Shown piece after piece: positions 36,380 through 45,616 of a stretch of DNA of 55,814 nt. Made by a program: the position numbers and the translations under genes. The notes below the pieces were generated by a model that did no database searches, was not told where the DNA came from, and saw only the letters and a list, made by a program, of their open reading frames with translations. The stretch's first letter is position 1. Each line of letters begins with the position of its first letter. This DNA is from Thermodesulfovibrio sp. (lineage in GTDB: Bacteria; Nitrospirota; Thermodesulfovibrionia; Thermodesulfovibrionales; Thermodesulfovibrionaceae): positions 1-55,814 of the forward strand of contig JANXBR010000001.1 in assembly GCA_025060625.1 (NCBI GenBank). Reading direction: 5' to 3'.

Positions 36380-38521
36380 ATGAAGGCTTGGAAAGCAAAA
36401 TACAAGATGAACCTCAATTTTAATGGCTATAATTTTAATATTAAGCCAGGTGATAAACTTCTCTTTGCAGATGATATATTCAATCTTTTACCAGAAAATA
36501 TAAAAAAGGCATTTGAACAAGCTAATATTGTTCTTCCTCCTTTTTACAAGGGTGAGCCATTAAATGGCAAAACTCTTCTTGTAATATCTCAATCTGCAAT
36601 CGGGGATGCTTTGTGCATGACTCCAGCACTAAGAGAAATAAAGAAAAAGTATCCTGATATGACACTTAATGTAACCATATCAGGAAAAGCAAAGCCTGTC
36701 TTAGAGGGATTACCCTATATTGACAACCTTTTACCAATGCCTGTTCCATTTAAAGAGGTAGCAAAAGCTGACTATATTGTTAAAGTTATTGAGATGGTAA
36801 ATACACCTCAGTTTGATAATCTAAGTCTTGTTGATTACTATCTGTGGAAGCTTTATATATATAAGGCGGAGAAGGAAATCCCAGACATTTTAATTGACAG
36901 TAATGCCTATGATGAGATGAAAAAAGCTTTTGATAAGATAAGAGAAGCCTCAGGCGGTAAAAAAGTGCTTTTGTTTCATTATCTTGCCTCATCTATTCAT
37001 AGAACCCTTCCTCCTAAGCTTCTAAAGGAGATTGAAGACCTCATATGGGATGAGTATGTTCCTGTAGTATGCTCAATGCCTGAAGAGGATATAACAGTTG
37101 AGACAGCTTTGGATGTATATGGAATTAGAGCAGCTAATCTTTCTGTTTTTATGAAGGATATAAAATATTTTATTGCTTCTGTTGCTCTTTCTGATGCGGT
37201 AATTACATCAGACACAGCAACTCTTCACATAGCAGCAGGATTGGAAAAACCAACTGTAGTTATTACAGGTCCCATAGATGCAGAATTAAGAACATCAAAC
37301 TACTCAACAGTAATACCTCTATCACCAAACTATAAAGGACAAATATGTATATCACCTTGTATGAGACATGCTACTGAAGAACCATGCATTGAAGCACAGA
37401 TAAAAAGACAGTTTTACAGTCCCTGCATAGAGAGTATCCCACCCAAGGTGGTATATTTTGCTCTTAAAGATGCTGAGTTGCTTACTCAGAAAAATTATGA
37501 AAAGCCAAAAAGTTGCATAGTATGTGATTTTTCAGGTGAAATACCTCTATTTGAAGTAATTAATCGCTCAAGAGTTTTTGAATGTCCTTCATGTGGTATT
37601 CATTTTACCTATCCAATGAAGGTTATGGATTATGAAGAGATTTATGGGAAAAAACATGAAGATCTCCTAAATTTTGGATATACTGCCTATGATTTTTATA
37701 AAGATGTTAAAGATGAAGAGGAAGAGATAAATAAATGGGAAAAACTTCCGAGATTTAATGTTTTACTTCCTATTCTATCTCAGATTCCAAAAGGCAGACT
37801 TCTTTATGTAGGATGTTCAACAGGATTTTTTATGCTAATTGCAAGAAAATTCGGTTTTGAAGTTTATGGCATTGAGGCTTCTGAAGAGACAGTTAAAATA
37901 GCTAAGGAAAAATTTAAACTAAATGTTATTAAGGCAGTATCCCTGGATGAAATTCCTGAGGAATATAAAGGCTTCTACAAAGTCATAACAGCCTTTGAAG
38001 TTCTTGAACATGTCCATGAACCATCAAAATTTTTACAGAATTTATACTCACTTCTTGATAAAGATGGAATTCTAATCTTAAGCTGTTCACCCTTCTATAA
38101 ATTTGAAAATACAGCAAGAGGTTATAGAAAGTATAAATGGTGGCATAATGATTATCCACCCAATCATGTAACCAGATGGAAACCCTGGAGTCTTCATTAT
38201 GCCATAAAAAAGGCAGGCTTTGAACAGATTCACATGTTTACCGAACCTCTTTTACCATCTACAGTTTTTGAAGGAGTTAATCCTCTTAGTTTTCAGCTTA
38301 AAACACCAGATAATAAAGTAGTAGATATTGATTTAAAAACTTCATCATCAATAGTTTCAGAGATATTAAAACCTCTTTTCCTTAATTCCAGGCATCTGGG
38401 TAACTTTCAATATGTTATTGCAACAAAGGGACATTCTTCAATTAATTTTGAAGAAATAATAAAAAAAGCTATAAAATACTCTGCGGTTGAAATAATCTGG
38501 GGAAGAGGCGATAAGGCTTAA
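36380..38521 (+). CDS. GT9 (heptosyltransferase-like) glycosyltransferase fused to class I SAM-methyltransferase-like domain
   Basis: AIGDALCMTPAL, ITSDTATLHIAAGLEKPTV (GT9); CIVC...CPSC ribbon; LLYVGCSTG, FEVLEHVHEP, PPNHV (Methyltransf_23-like). Confidence 0.85.
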   Translation: MKAWKAKYKMNLNFNGYNFNIKPGDKLLFADDIFNLLPENIKKAFEQANIVLPPFYKGEPLNGKTLLVISQSAIGDALCMTPALREIKKKYPDMTLNVTISGKAKPVLEGLPYIDNLLPMPVPFKEVAKADYIVKVIEMVNTPQFDNLSLVDYYLWKLYIYKAEKEIPDILIDSNAYDEMKKAFDKIREASGGKKVLLFHYLASSIHRTLPPKLLKEIEDLIWDEYVPVVCSMPEEDITVETALDVYGIRAANLSVFMKDIKYFIASVALSDAVITSDTATLHIAAGLEKPTVVITGPIDAELRTSNYSTVIPLSPNYKGQICISPCMRHATEEPCIEAQIKRQFYSPCIESIPPKVVYFALKDAELLTQKNYEKPKSCIVCDFSGEIPLFEVINRSRVFECPSCGIHFTYPMKVMDYEEIYGKKHEDLLNFGYTAYDFYKDVKDEEEEINKWEKLPRFNVLLPILSQIPKGRLLYVGCSTGFFMLIARKFGFEVYGIEASEETVKIAKEKFKLNVIKAVSLDEIPEEYKGFYKVITAFEVLEHVHEPSKFLQNLYSLLDKDGILILSCSPFYKFENTARGYRKYKWWHNDYPPNHVTRWKPWSLHYAIKKAGFEQIHMFTEPLLPSTVFEGVNPLSFQLKTPDNKVVDIDLKTSSSIVSEILKPLFLNSRHLGNFQYVIATKGHSSINFEEIIKKAIKYSAVEIIWGRGDKA

Positions 38522-38539
38522 AATTGATATGAGCCAAAA

Positions 38540-39526
38540 ATGTCTGAATTAAGGTTAAATATAATTACAAATGAATGGGTTATAATGAGTGGTGATAAAT
38601 CTCCTAAGGATTTTGCCATTAGGGAAAAGAGAAAACTTCCTGAATTTTCAGAAAACTGTCCTTTCTGTCCAGGTCATGAAGTATATACTCCTTCAGAAAT
38701 TTATAAAATTAGAGATGACAAAGGTTGGAGAATAAGAGTAGTAAATAATAAATATCCTGTATTGTCTAAAGAAACACAAAAAATACGAAAAGAAGAAGGC
38801 TTAAAAAAATCAATAACCGGTGCAGGAATTCATGAAGTAATCATAGAATCTCCCATACATAATCATACCACAGCAATAATGCCTCTTGTTCAGCTTAAAG
38901 ATGTTTTACAAACTTATAAGGAAAGATTTCTTACACTATATAGTAATACAATAGTGGAACATGTAATAATCTTTAAAAATCAGGGACATGCCTCAGGAAC
39001 TAAAATTCAACATCCCTTTTCAGAAATTGTAGGATTACCTATTTTCCCATTAACAACAAGAAATAGAATGATGAGAGCAATAAACTTTTTTGACAACACA
39101 GGAGAGTGCATTTTTTGTAAAACATTACAAGATGAGCTTTCAGATGGAAAAAGAATTATCTTAGAAACAGAACATTTTGTCTCATTTATTCCTTTTGCCT
39201 CTCTTTCTCCCTTTCATATCTGGATTTTTCCCAAAAGACATTCAGGAGCATTTTCATCAATAAAGGAAAATGAAATGTGGGATCTTGCCTATAATCTTAA
39301 ATTCACCATGGCAAAGCTTTATTATGGACTTGAAAATCCTGATTTTAATTATGTCTTACGGTCTGGAAAACCAGTAGAAGATAATTTAGAATACCTACAC
39401 TGGTATATAAGCATTGTGCCAAGAGTTGCTCAAGCCTCTGGATTTGAACTTGGCACAGGCATTTATAGAAACCCTCTTTTACCTGAAGTTGCTGCTGAAT
39501 TTTTAAGAGAGATAAAAGAAGGATAA
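38540..39526 (+). CDS. GalT-family (galactose-1-phosphate uridylyltransferase-like) protein lacking the nucleophilic His
   Basis: SELR....EWV, CPFCPG, VVNNKYP, GIHEVIIESP.H, FKN.G..SG, HWYI.IVPR, GFELGTG. HPHSQ is replaced by HPFSE. Confidence 0.85.
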   Translation: MSELRLNIITNEWVIMSGDKSPKDFAIREKRKLPEFSENCPFCPGHEVYTPSEIYKIRDDKGWRIRVVNNKYPVLSKETQKIRKEEGLKKSITGAGIHEVIIESPIHNHTTAIMPLVQLKDVLQTYKERFLTLYSNTIVEHVIIFKNQGHASGTKIQHPFSEIVGLPIFPLTTRNRMMRAINFFDNTGECIFCKTLQDELSDGKRIILETEHFVSFIPFASLSPFHIWIFPKRHSGAFSSIKENEMWDLAYNLKFTMAKLYYGLENPDFNYVLRSGKPVEDNLEYLHWYISIVPRVAQASGFELGTGIYRNPLLPEVAAEFLREIKEG

Positions 39527-39565
39527 CCTTTGTTATTCAGCTAAGATAAAAAAGGAAAAATATAC

Positions 39566-40606
39566 GTGAAGAAAATAAATTTAAACCCTCACCTTTTCAT
39601 CTTTATATTTTTCATATTTTTCATATTCTACATCTTTCTCACAAAAGTTGAATCTAATAAAGTTTTCAAGCTACTCATATTTGACTCTCAAGAGGGTTAT
39701 CCCTACAATGAAGTAAGAGTTGCACTTTTGAAATCACTAAGGAATTTCGGTTATTTTGAAGGTAAAAATTTATCAGTAAAACAGGTATTCATTGGTAATG
39801 ACATTGACAGGGGTGTAAGAATATTAAAAGAGGAGATAAAGAATAATTATGATGTGATCGTAGTTGGTGGAACAGCCGCTACTGTTGCAGCAAAGAGAGC
39901 TCTCTATGGAAAAAGCCAACCAATTGTTTTTGCCTCTCCAACAGATCCTGTTGGAATAGGTGTAATAAAAGACTTTGAGAGTAATCCAGAGGCAAATTTT
40001 ACAGGTGTTTCCTATCCTGTTCCTGTTAAGGCAAGAATGAAATTTATACGGCAACTTATGCCAAATGCTAAAACTTTTGCTCTTATATATGCTGATATGC
40101 CGCAGTCTCACAGTTACAGAGCTTGGCTTGAAGATTTAATTAAAAATGACCCTGAATTTAGGGATATAAAAATCATATTTCGGTCAGTACCTCTGGTAAA
40201 GGGAGAGCTCGGAGACATTAGGATGGCAAATATGGCTAAAAAATATATAAAAGAGCTTGATTCCTTAGTTGATGCATATATTAAACCCTGTGATCAGATG
40301 GGAACAAGAAGATATTTTTCAGAGGTCATATATAAAAATTCAAAAAAACCTCTAATTGGTCTTGTAAAAGATGATGTGGTCTCTGGTTGGGGTGCCACAG
40401 CTGTAGTTTATCCTTCTCATGAAAGCATAGGTGAGCAGGCTTCAAAAATGGTGGTTGATATTTTTAATGGTAAAAAGGTAAGTGAAATAAAACCCGAATG
40501 GCCCAAAAAATTTGGTTTTGCAGTGGATCTCAAAAAAGCAAAAAAATTTGGCATTACTATACCTGTTGAGATTCTTCAGCTTTCTGGTGAAAATATTGTA
40601 AGGTAG
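39566..40606 (+). CDS. Periplasmic binding protein (ABC_sub_bind-like), probable sensor accessory
   Basis: N-terminal TM; PIVFA..TDPVGIG, NFTGVS, IGEQA...IFNG...I, AKKFGITIP. No ABC permease adjacent. Confidence 0.8.
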   Translation: MKKINLNPHLFIFIFFIFFIFYIFLTKVESNKVFKLLIFDSQEGYPYNEVRVALLKSLRNFGYFEGKNLSVKQVFIGNDIDRGVRILKEEIKNNYDVIVVGGTAATVAAKRALYGKSQPIVFASPTDPVGIGVIKDFESNPEANFTGVSYPVPVKARMKFIRQLMPNAKTFALIYADMPQSHSYRAWLEDLIKNDPEFRDIKIIFRSVPLVKGELGDIRMANMAKKYIKELDSLVDAYIKPCDQMGTRRYFSEVIYKNSKKPLIGLVKDDVVSGWGATAVVYPSHESIGEQASKMVVDIFNGKKVSEIKPEWPKKFGFAVDLKKAKKFGITIPVEILQLSGENIVR

Positions 40607-40612
40607 GAAAAA

Positions 40613-43600
40613 ATGAGTCTTAGCAAAAAAATCATAACTATCACAGCAAGCATTATTTTTATATCAATGACAGCAAATTCTGTTATAAACATTCTTCGTT
40701 TTAAAGAAAATTACACCAATGCCCTTTTAACAGGTAGTTATGGTCTTGGATACAGTTTACACTCAATCGTAACAGAACTTTTAAATCTTGGGTTACCTAT
40801 TGACTCTCTTTATGGACTTAATAAAAAATGCGAACAAATTGTAAAGCAAAATCCTCATATAAGATATGTGGCAATAGGAAATCCAGAGGGAAAAGTTTTA
40901 TATCACAGTGATGCTTCATTAATAGGAAAAGTCTTCACTGACGAGGCTTCAAAAAAGAGTATAAGTTCTAAAGAACCTTTATCTCAGATTTATCACAGAT
41001 TTGATGGAAATATTTATTATGATGTTACCATACCTATATTTGACTCTAAAAATACCCATATTGGTGTGATAAGGCTTGGATTTCCCAAGAAATTCATTGA
41101 TGAAAAAGTAAATCAGGCAATAATGGAAGTTATAATTAATTTTATCATAACTTTCACTGCAGTAGTTGTTCTACTTGGCTTTTTCATGTCACATTTTGTA
41201 GTTCGCAAAATTCAAAGCCTATTAGAACAGACAAAAAAAATAAGGGATTTCAACTACGAAAACACGATAAAAATAACTCAAAAAGACGAGATAGGAGCTC
41301 TTGGAGAATCCTTTAATCAGATGTCACAGACCATTAAAAATCAGATGATGGAATTGAGAGACTCAAGAGACAATCTGGAAAAAATTGTTGATGAACGAAC
41401 AGATCAACTGAGAAAAATAAATATTGAACTTGAAGAGGCTGTAAACACACAAAAACAGCTTACTAAAGCTGCTCAATCAGCCTCAGCTGCAAAAAGTGAA
41501 TTCTTGGCAAATATGAGCCATGAGATAAGAACACCTTTAAATGCCATAATTGGTTTTGTCAACTTAATGTCAAAAACTGAACTTTCAGCAAAACAAAGAG
41601 ACTATATAGGAAAAATAAAGCTTGCCTCTAATACTCTTCTAAAAACCATTAATGATATTCTTGACTTCTCAAAGATTGAAGCTAAAAAACTTAAAATTGA
41701 CTCTACAGAGTTTTATCTAACAGATGTGCTTAATAATATTGCTAATATGCTTGGTAATAAAGCATACGATAAGGGACTTGAGTTATGCGTTTTTGCAAAA
41801 AGACAAGTGCCCCGATATTTGATAGGAGATCCCTTTAGACTTGAGCAGATACTCATTAACCTAATTGACAATGCAATTAAATTCACAGAAAAAGGAGCAG
41901 TTGTAGTAAAAGTTGAGCTTAATAATGAAAAACCTTTCCATGAAGACACAGTAACTTTATTATTTTCCGTAACAGATACAGGAATAGGAATACCCTTAGA
42001 AAAACAAAAGGAACTCTTTGAACCATTCACACAGGCTGATGGTTCTACAACAAGAAAATTCGGTGGAACAGGGCTTGGACTTTCAATCTGCAAATCTCTC
42101 ATTGAATTAATGGGAGGGAAATTTGGCTTGAAAAGTGAATTGGGAAAGGGAAGTAAATTTTATTTTACTTTACCTTTTAAAAGGCAAAAAATTGATTATT
42201 CTATTGAAAATAAGATGATAGAAATATTTCAAGGGAAAAGAATTATCATAATTGATCAAAGCAATGCAGTAAGGGAGTTCCTAAGGGAAATACTTGAATC
42301 CTATAATTTTATAGTTAATTCATTCCAATCAGCTGATGAGGCTTTAGTTAGTTTAGACAGTAAAGAAATAGAAAAGCCCTATTCAGTGGTTTTAATAGAC
42401 TGGCAGATAGCTTCAAAGGAAATATTAACAAAATTTAGAGAAATAAGTTTTAACAGTCTTGCAGTAGCTATTATGGTACCAGAAAATCTTCTGGATAGAA
42501 TCAAGCTTCAAATAGAACCTCTAAGAGTGGATGCCTTTATAACAAAACCCCTGAATGAGTCAATGATGATAGATACACTGTTAAGGCTTTTTGATGAAAG
42601 CATAGAAATTATAGAAAAGGACAAAATTGAAGATTTACAAAAGGAATATCTCTATCTTAATGGTTCTCGTATTCTACTTGTTGAGGATAACCTTTTAAAC
42701 CAGCAGGTTGCATTAGAAATGCTTCAAGAAGCTGATATAATAGTAGATATTGCCAACAATGGTGCTGAGGCCATACAAAAATTATTTAGCATGGATAGAT
42801 TATATGACCTTATATTGATGGATATTCAGATGCCTGAGATGGATGGCTTTGAAGTAACAAGAATAATAAGGGAAAGCAAACAACATAAACATATACCAAT
42901 AGTTGCTCTTACAGCGCATGCATTAATGGAAGATAAAGAAAGATGTCTTTCCTGTGGTATGGATGACTATCTGACAAAACCCTTAGATAGAGAGGAGTTA
43001 TTTAAAACTTTATCAAAATGGATAAAGCCCAAATATGAAAAAACAAACTATGAAAAAAACGAGTCAAGAGAGAAATTAAGGTTACCCGAAAGAGTTGGTA
43101 AATTAGATATCAAAAGAACTTTAGAAAGAATAGGAGGTAATAAAGAGGCTTTAATAAAAATTTTACAAACCTTTATCGAAGAAAGCAAAAAAATAGAGTA
43201 CCAGATCGAGAATGCTTTAAAAAATAATGATTATCTTAGTTTAACAAAGCTTCTTCATACATTGAGAGGAATGGCAGGAAACATTGGAGCAAAGGAAATT
43301 CAAGAAAATTCCTTTATCCTTGAGGAAGAATTGAAGGGAAAAAACATTAACTCTGAAAAAATCTATAACCTTTTATCTCAATTAGAGCTGGTTAATAGGG
43401 ATATAGAGGAAATAATTAGAATAAATGAAAATGTCAAAGACATATCTAAATTTGAAAATTCTCAGGACAAAGAAAAAATAGAAAATCTAAAAAATGAACT
43501 TTATGAATTGCTTGAAAAAGGAAGCTTTACGGCATTTTCTAAATTTGAGGAGTTAAAATTAACCTTAGGTGCTAATAATGCAGAAATTTTAGAAATTGAG

Positions 43601-43669
43601 AAACATCTTAATATGCTCCAGATGGACAAAGCTAAGGAAATACTTAGAGAGCTTGATTTTAAGGAATAA
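40613..43669 (+). CDS. Hybrid (unorthodox) sensor kinase: Cache-like, HAMP, HisKA, HATPase, REC, REC, HPt
   Basis: Two TMs, DEIGAL...FN.M (HAMP), FLANMSHEIRTPLN, DTGIGI, GGTGLGLSI, LILMDIQMP, HTLRGMAGNIG (HPt). Confidence 0.93.
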   Translation: MSLSKKIITITASIIFISMTANSVINILRFKENYTNALLTGSYGLGYSLHSIVTELLNLGLPIDSLYGLNKKCEQIVKQNPHIRYVAIGNPEGKVLYHSDASLIGKVFTDEASKKSISSKEPLSQIYHRFDGNIYYDVTIPIFDSKNTHIGVIRLGFPKKFIDEKVNQAIMEVIINFIITFTAVVVLLGFFMSHFVVRKIQSLLEQTKKIRDFNYENTIKITQKDEIGALGESFNQMSQTIKNQMMELRDSRDNLEKIVDERTDQLRKINIELEEAVNTQKQLTKAAQSASAAKSEFLANMSHEIRTPLNAIIGFVNLMSKTELSAKQRDYIGKIKLASNTLLKTINDILDFSKIEAKKLKIDSTEFYLTDVLNNIANMLGNKAYDKGLELCVFAKRQVPRYLIGDPFRLEQILINLIDNAIKFTEKGAVVVKVELNNEKPFHEDTVTLLFSVTDTGIGIPLEKQKELFEPFTQADGSTTRKFGGTGLGLSICKSLIELMGGKFGLKSELGKGSKFYFTLPFKRQKIDYSIENKMIEIFQGKRIIIIDQSNAVREFLREILESYNFIVNSFQSADEALVSLDSKEIEKPYSVVLIDWQIASKEILTKFREISFNSLAVAIMVPENLLDRIKLQIEPLRVDAFITKPLNESMMIDTLLRLFDESIEIIEKDKIEDLQKEYLYLNGSRILLVEDNLLNQQVALEMLQEADIIVDIANNGAEAIQKLFSMDRLYDLILMDIQMPEMDGFEVTRIIRESKQHKHIPIVALTAHALMEDKERCLSCGMDDYLTKPLDREELFKTLSKWIKPKYEKTNYEKNESREKLRLPERVGKLDIKRTLERIGGNKEALIKILQTFIEESKKIEYQIENALKNNDYLSLTKLLHTLRGMAGNIGAKEIQENSFILEEELKGKNINSEKIYNLLSQLELVNRDIEEIIRINENVKDISKFENSQDKEKIENLKNELYELLEKGSFTAFSKFEELKLTLGANNAEILEIEKHLNMLQMDKAKEILRELDFKE

Positions 43670-43672
43670 ATT

Positions 43673-44590
43673 ATGAATAACATTAGAGAAAAAATACTTA
43701 TTGTTGATGATGACCCAACAACTGTAATAACACTTGGCGAAGCATTAAAAGATACCTATGACATTTTTATAGCAACAAATGGCGAAGAAGCATTGAAAAG
43801 AGCAAAAGCTGAGATGCCAGATCTTATCCTTCTTGATATAATTATGCCAGAAATGGATGGTTATGAAGTATGTAGAAAACTTAAAGAAGACATTGCTACA
43901 GAAAAAATTCCGGTTATATTTATAACATCAAAAAATTCTGAAGAAGATGAAACAGTAGGTCTTGAATTGGGTGCAATTGACTATTTCAGTAAACCCTTTA
44001 GAATGGCTGTTATTAAAGCAAGAATTAAAAATCATCTTGAATTAAAAAGAAAATCTGACCTTCTTGCCTCGCTTTCTCTCACTGATGGACTTACTGGGGT
44101 GGCAAACAGAAGGCGATTTGATGAAGTAATGGACTATGAATGGAAACGTTCGCAGAGAAGCAAGCAACCATTATCAGTCATGCTAATTGACATAGATAAT
44201 TTCAAGCTTTACAATGACAACTACGGTCATCTTGCTGGTGATGAATGTTTAAAAGCTGTGGCAAATGCCATCGTCTCAACTCTAAGGAGAGCAACAGATT
44301 TTGTAGCCCGATATGGAGGAGAGGAATTTGCTGTTATTCTACCCTATACAACAATTGAAAAAGCTGTTATATTTGCAGAAAAAATAAGGAAGACTGTAGA
44401 GGACGTAAAAATAGAACACTTATACTCAACTGTAATGCCCTTTATAACTGTAAGCATTGGAGTAGCCTCTATTATTCCCGAAAATAACATTGACTATATA
44501 CAATTGATTGATTTAGCTGATAGAGCTCTATATGAAGCAAAAAAATCTGGGAAAAATAGAGTAAAATATATACAAAATAATTTTTCTTAG
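43673..44590 (+). CDS. REC-GGDEF diguanylate cyclase
   Basis: ILLDIIMP; DGLTGVANRR, DIDNFK.YND.YGH..GD, I-site RATD five residues before GGEEF. Confidence 0.94.
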   Translation: MNNIREKILIVDDDPTTVITLGEALKDTYDIFIATNGEEALKRAKAEMPDLILLDIIMPEMDGYEVCRKLKEDIATEKIPVIFITSKNSEEDETVGLELGAIDYFSKPFRMAVIKARIKNHLELKRKSDLLASLSLTDGLTGVANRRRFDEVMDYEWKRSQRSKQPLSVMLIDIDNFKLYNDNYGHLAGDECLKAVANAIVSTLRRATDFVARYGGEEFAVILPYTTIEKAVIFAEKIRKTVEDVKIEHLYSTVMPFITVSIGVASIIPENNIDYIQLIDLADRALYEAKKSGKNRVKYIQNNFS

Positions 44591-44592
44591 AG

Positions 44593-45414
44593 GTGAAAAT
44601 GCAGTTTGATCCAATGATATTTTTCTGGATTTTTCTCATAATCATTGCTATACAACCTATAATCAGACAAAAACTTTTAGAAAATGCTCGTATGAAGCTT
44701 CTTGCAGAGATTGAAAAACAAAGAGGTAGCCGAGTAATCTTACTTGTTCATAGACAGGAAACTATGAGCTTTCTTGGATTTCCCATAATGCGATTTATTG
44801 ATATTAATGACTCTGAAGAAGTTTTAAGGGCAATTCACATGACCGATGATGACATGCCCATTGATCTTGTAGTTCATACCCCAGGCGGGCTTGCAATTGC
44901 CTCCACTCAGATTGCAAGAGCTCTATCAAAACATAAAGGAAAGGTTACAGTCTTTGTTCCCCACTATGCCATGTCTGGAGGTACTTTGATTGCCCTTTCA
45001 GCAGATGAAATTGTAATGTGTGAGCATGCTGTGCTTGGTCCACTTGACCCACAACTCGGACAGTTTCCTGCTGTATCAATTCTTAATGTGATTCAGAAAA
45101 AACCAATTAATGAAATTGATGACTCAACCCTTATCCTTGCTGATCAAGCTGAAAAGGCAATAAGACAGATGAAAGAGACAATAATTGAGATAATGTCCAG
45201 AAGTCATCCAGAGGAAAAAGCAAAAGAAGTTGCTGAAAAGCTTGTTTCAGGAAAGTGGACCCATGATTATCCAATAAGTGCAGAAGAAGCAAAAGAACTC
45301 GGCCTTCCTGTTTCAACAGCTATGCCCAAAGAAATAATGCTACTTATGAATCTCTATCCGCAGCCTGTAAGACAGTCTGTTGAGTATATCCCAGTAAGGA
45401 AAAGTAAAATTTGA
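44593..45414 (+). CDS. ClpP-class SDH-family serine protease
   Basis: HRQE, HTPGG, AMSGGT (Ser), GPLDPQ (Asp), WTHDYP (His); N-terminal TM. Start may be ATG 44599. Confidence 0.88.
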   Translation: MKMQFDPMIFFWIFLIIIAIQPIIRQKLLENARMKLLAEIEKQRGSRVILLVHRQETMSFLGFPIMRFIDINDSEEVLRAIHMTDDDMPIDLVVHTPGGLAIASTQIARALSKHKGKVTVFVPHYAMSGGTLIALSADEIVMCEHAVLGPLDPQLGQFPAVSILNVIQKKPINEIDDSTLILADQAEKAIRQMKETIIEIMSRSHPEEKAKEVAEKLVSGKWTHDYPISAEEAKELGLPVSTAMPKEIMLLMNLYPQPVRQSVEYIPVRKSKI

Positions 45415-45444
45415 TTTTTAATAAACTATTCTCAATATAGTTTA

Positions 45445-45597
45445 ATTGAGCAATTTTAGAGGCTTTTGGATAACATTTCTTAACAAGCGAAGCGTTAAAC
45501 AGTCGCAACTGTTTGAGCTCCAAAGGAGTGAGTTTTGAGCTGTAGTGAAGCGAGTTATAGAAATATCCAAAAGTCTATCAAGAAGCGAAATCAAGCT
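45445..45597. repeat. Structured intergenic palindromic element (REP/MITE-like or ncRNA)
   Basis: Nested inverted repeats: AGGCTTTTGGATA (45460-72) / TATCCAAAAGTCT (45564-76); ATTTCTTAAC / GTTATAGAAAT; inner AAACAGT-cgca-ACTGTTT and CTCC-aaa-GGAG. Confidence 0.6.
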
Positions 45598-45616
45598 ATG
45601 TTGAAAACTTTTCATC

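Noticed and set aside
38488-38514. TGAA-N15-GGCGATAA possible sigma28 promoter before the GalT-like gene
   Set aside because: The -35 match is weak and it lies within coding sequence; it could be chance.
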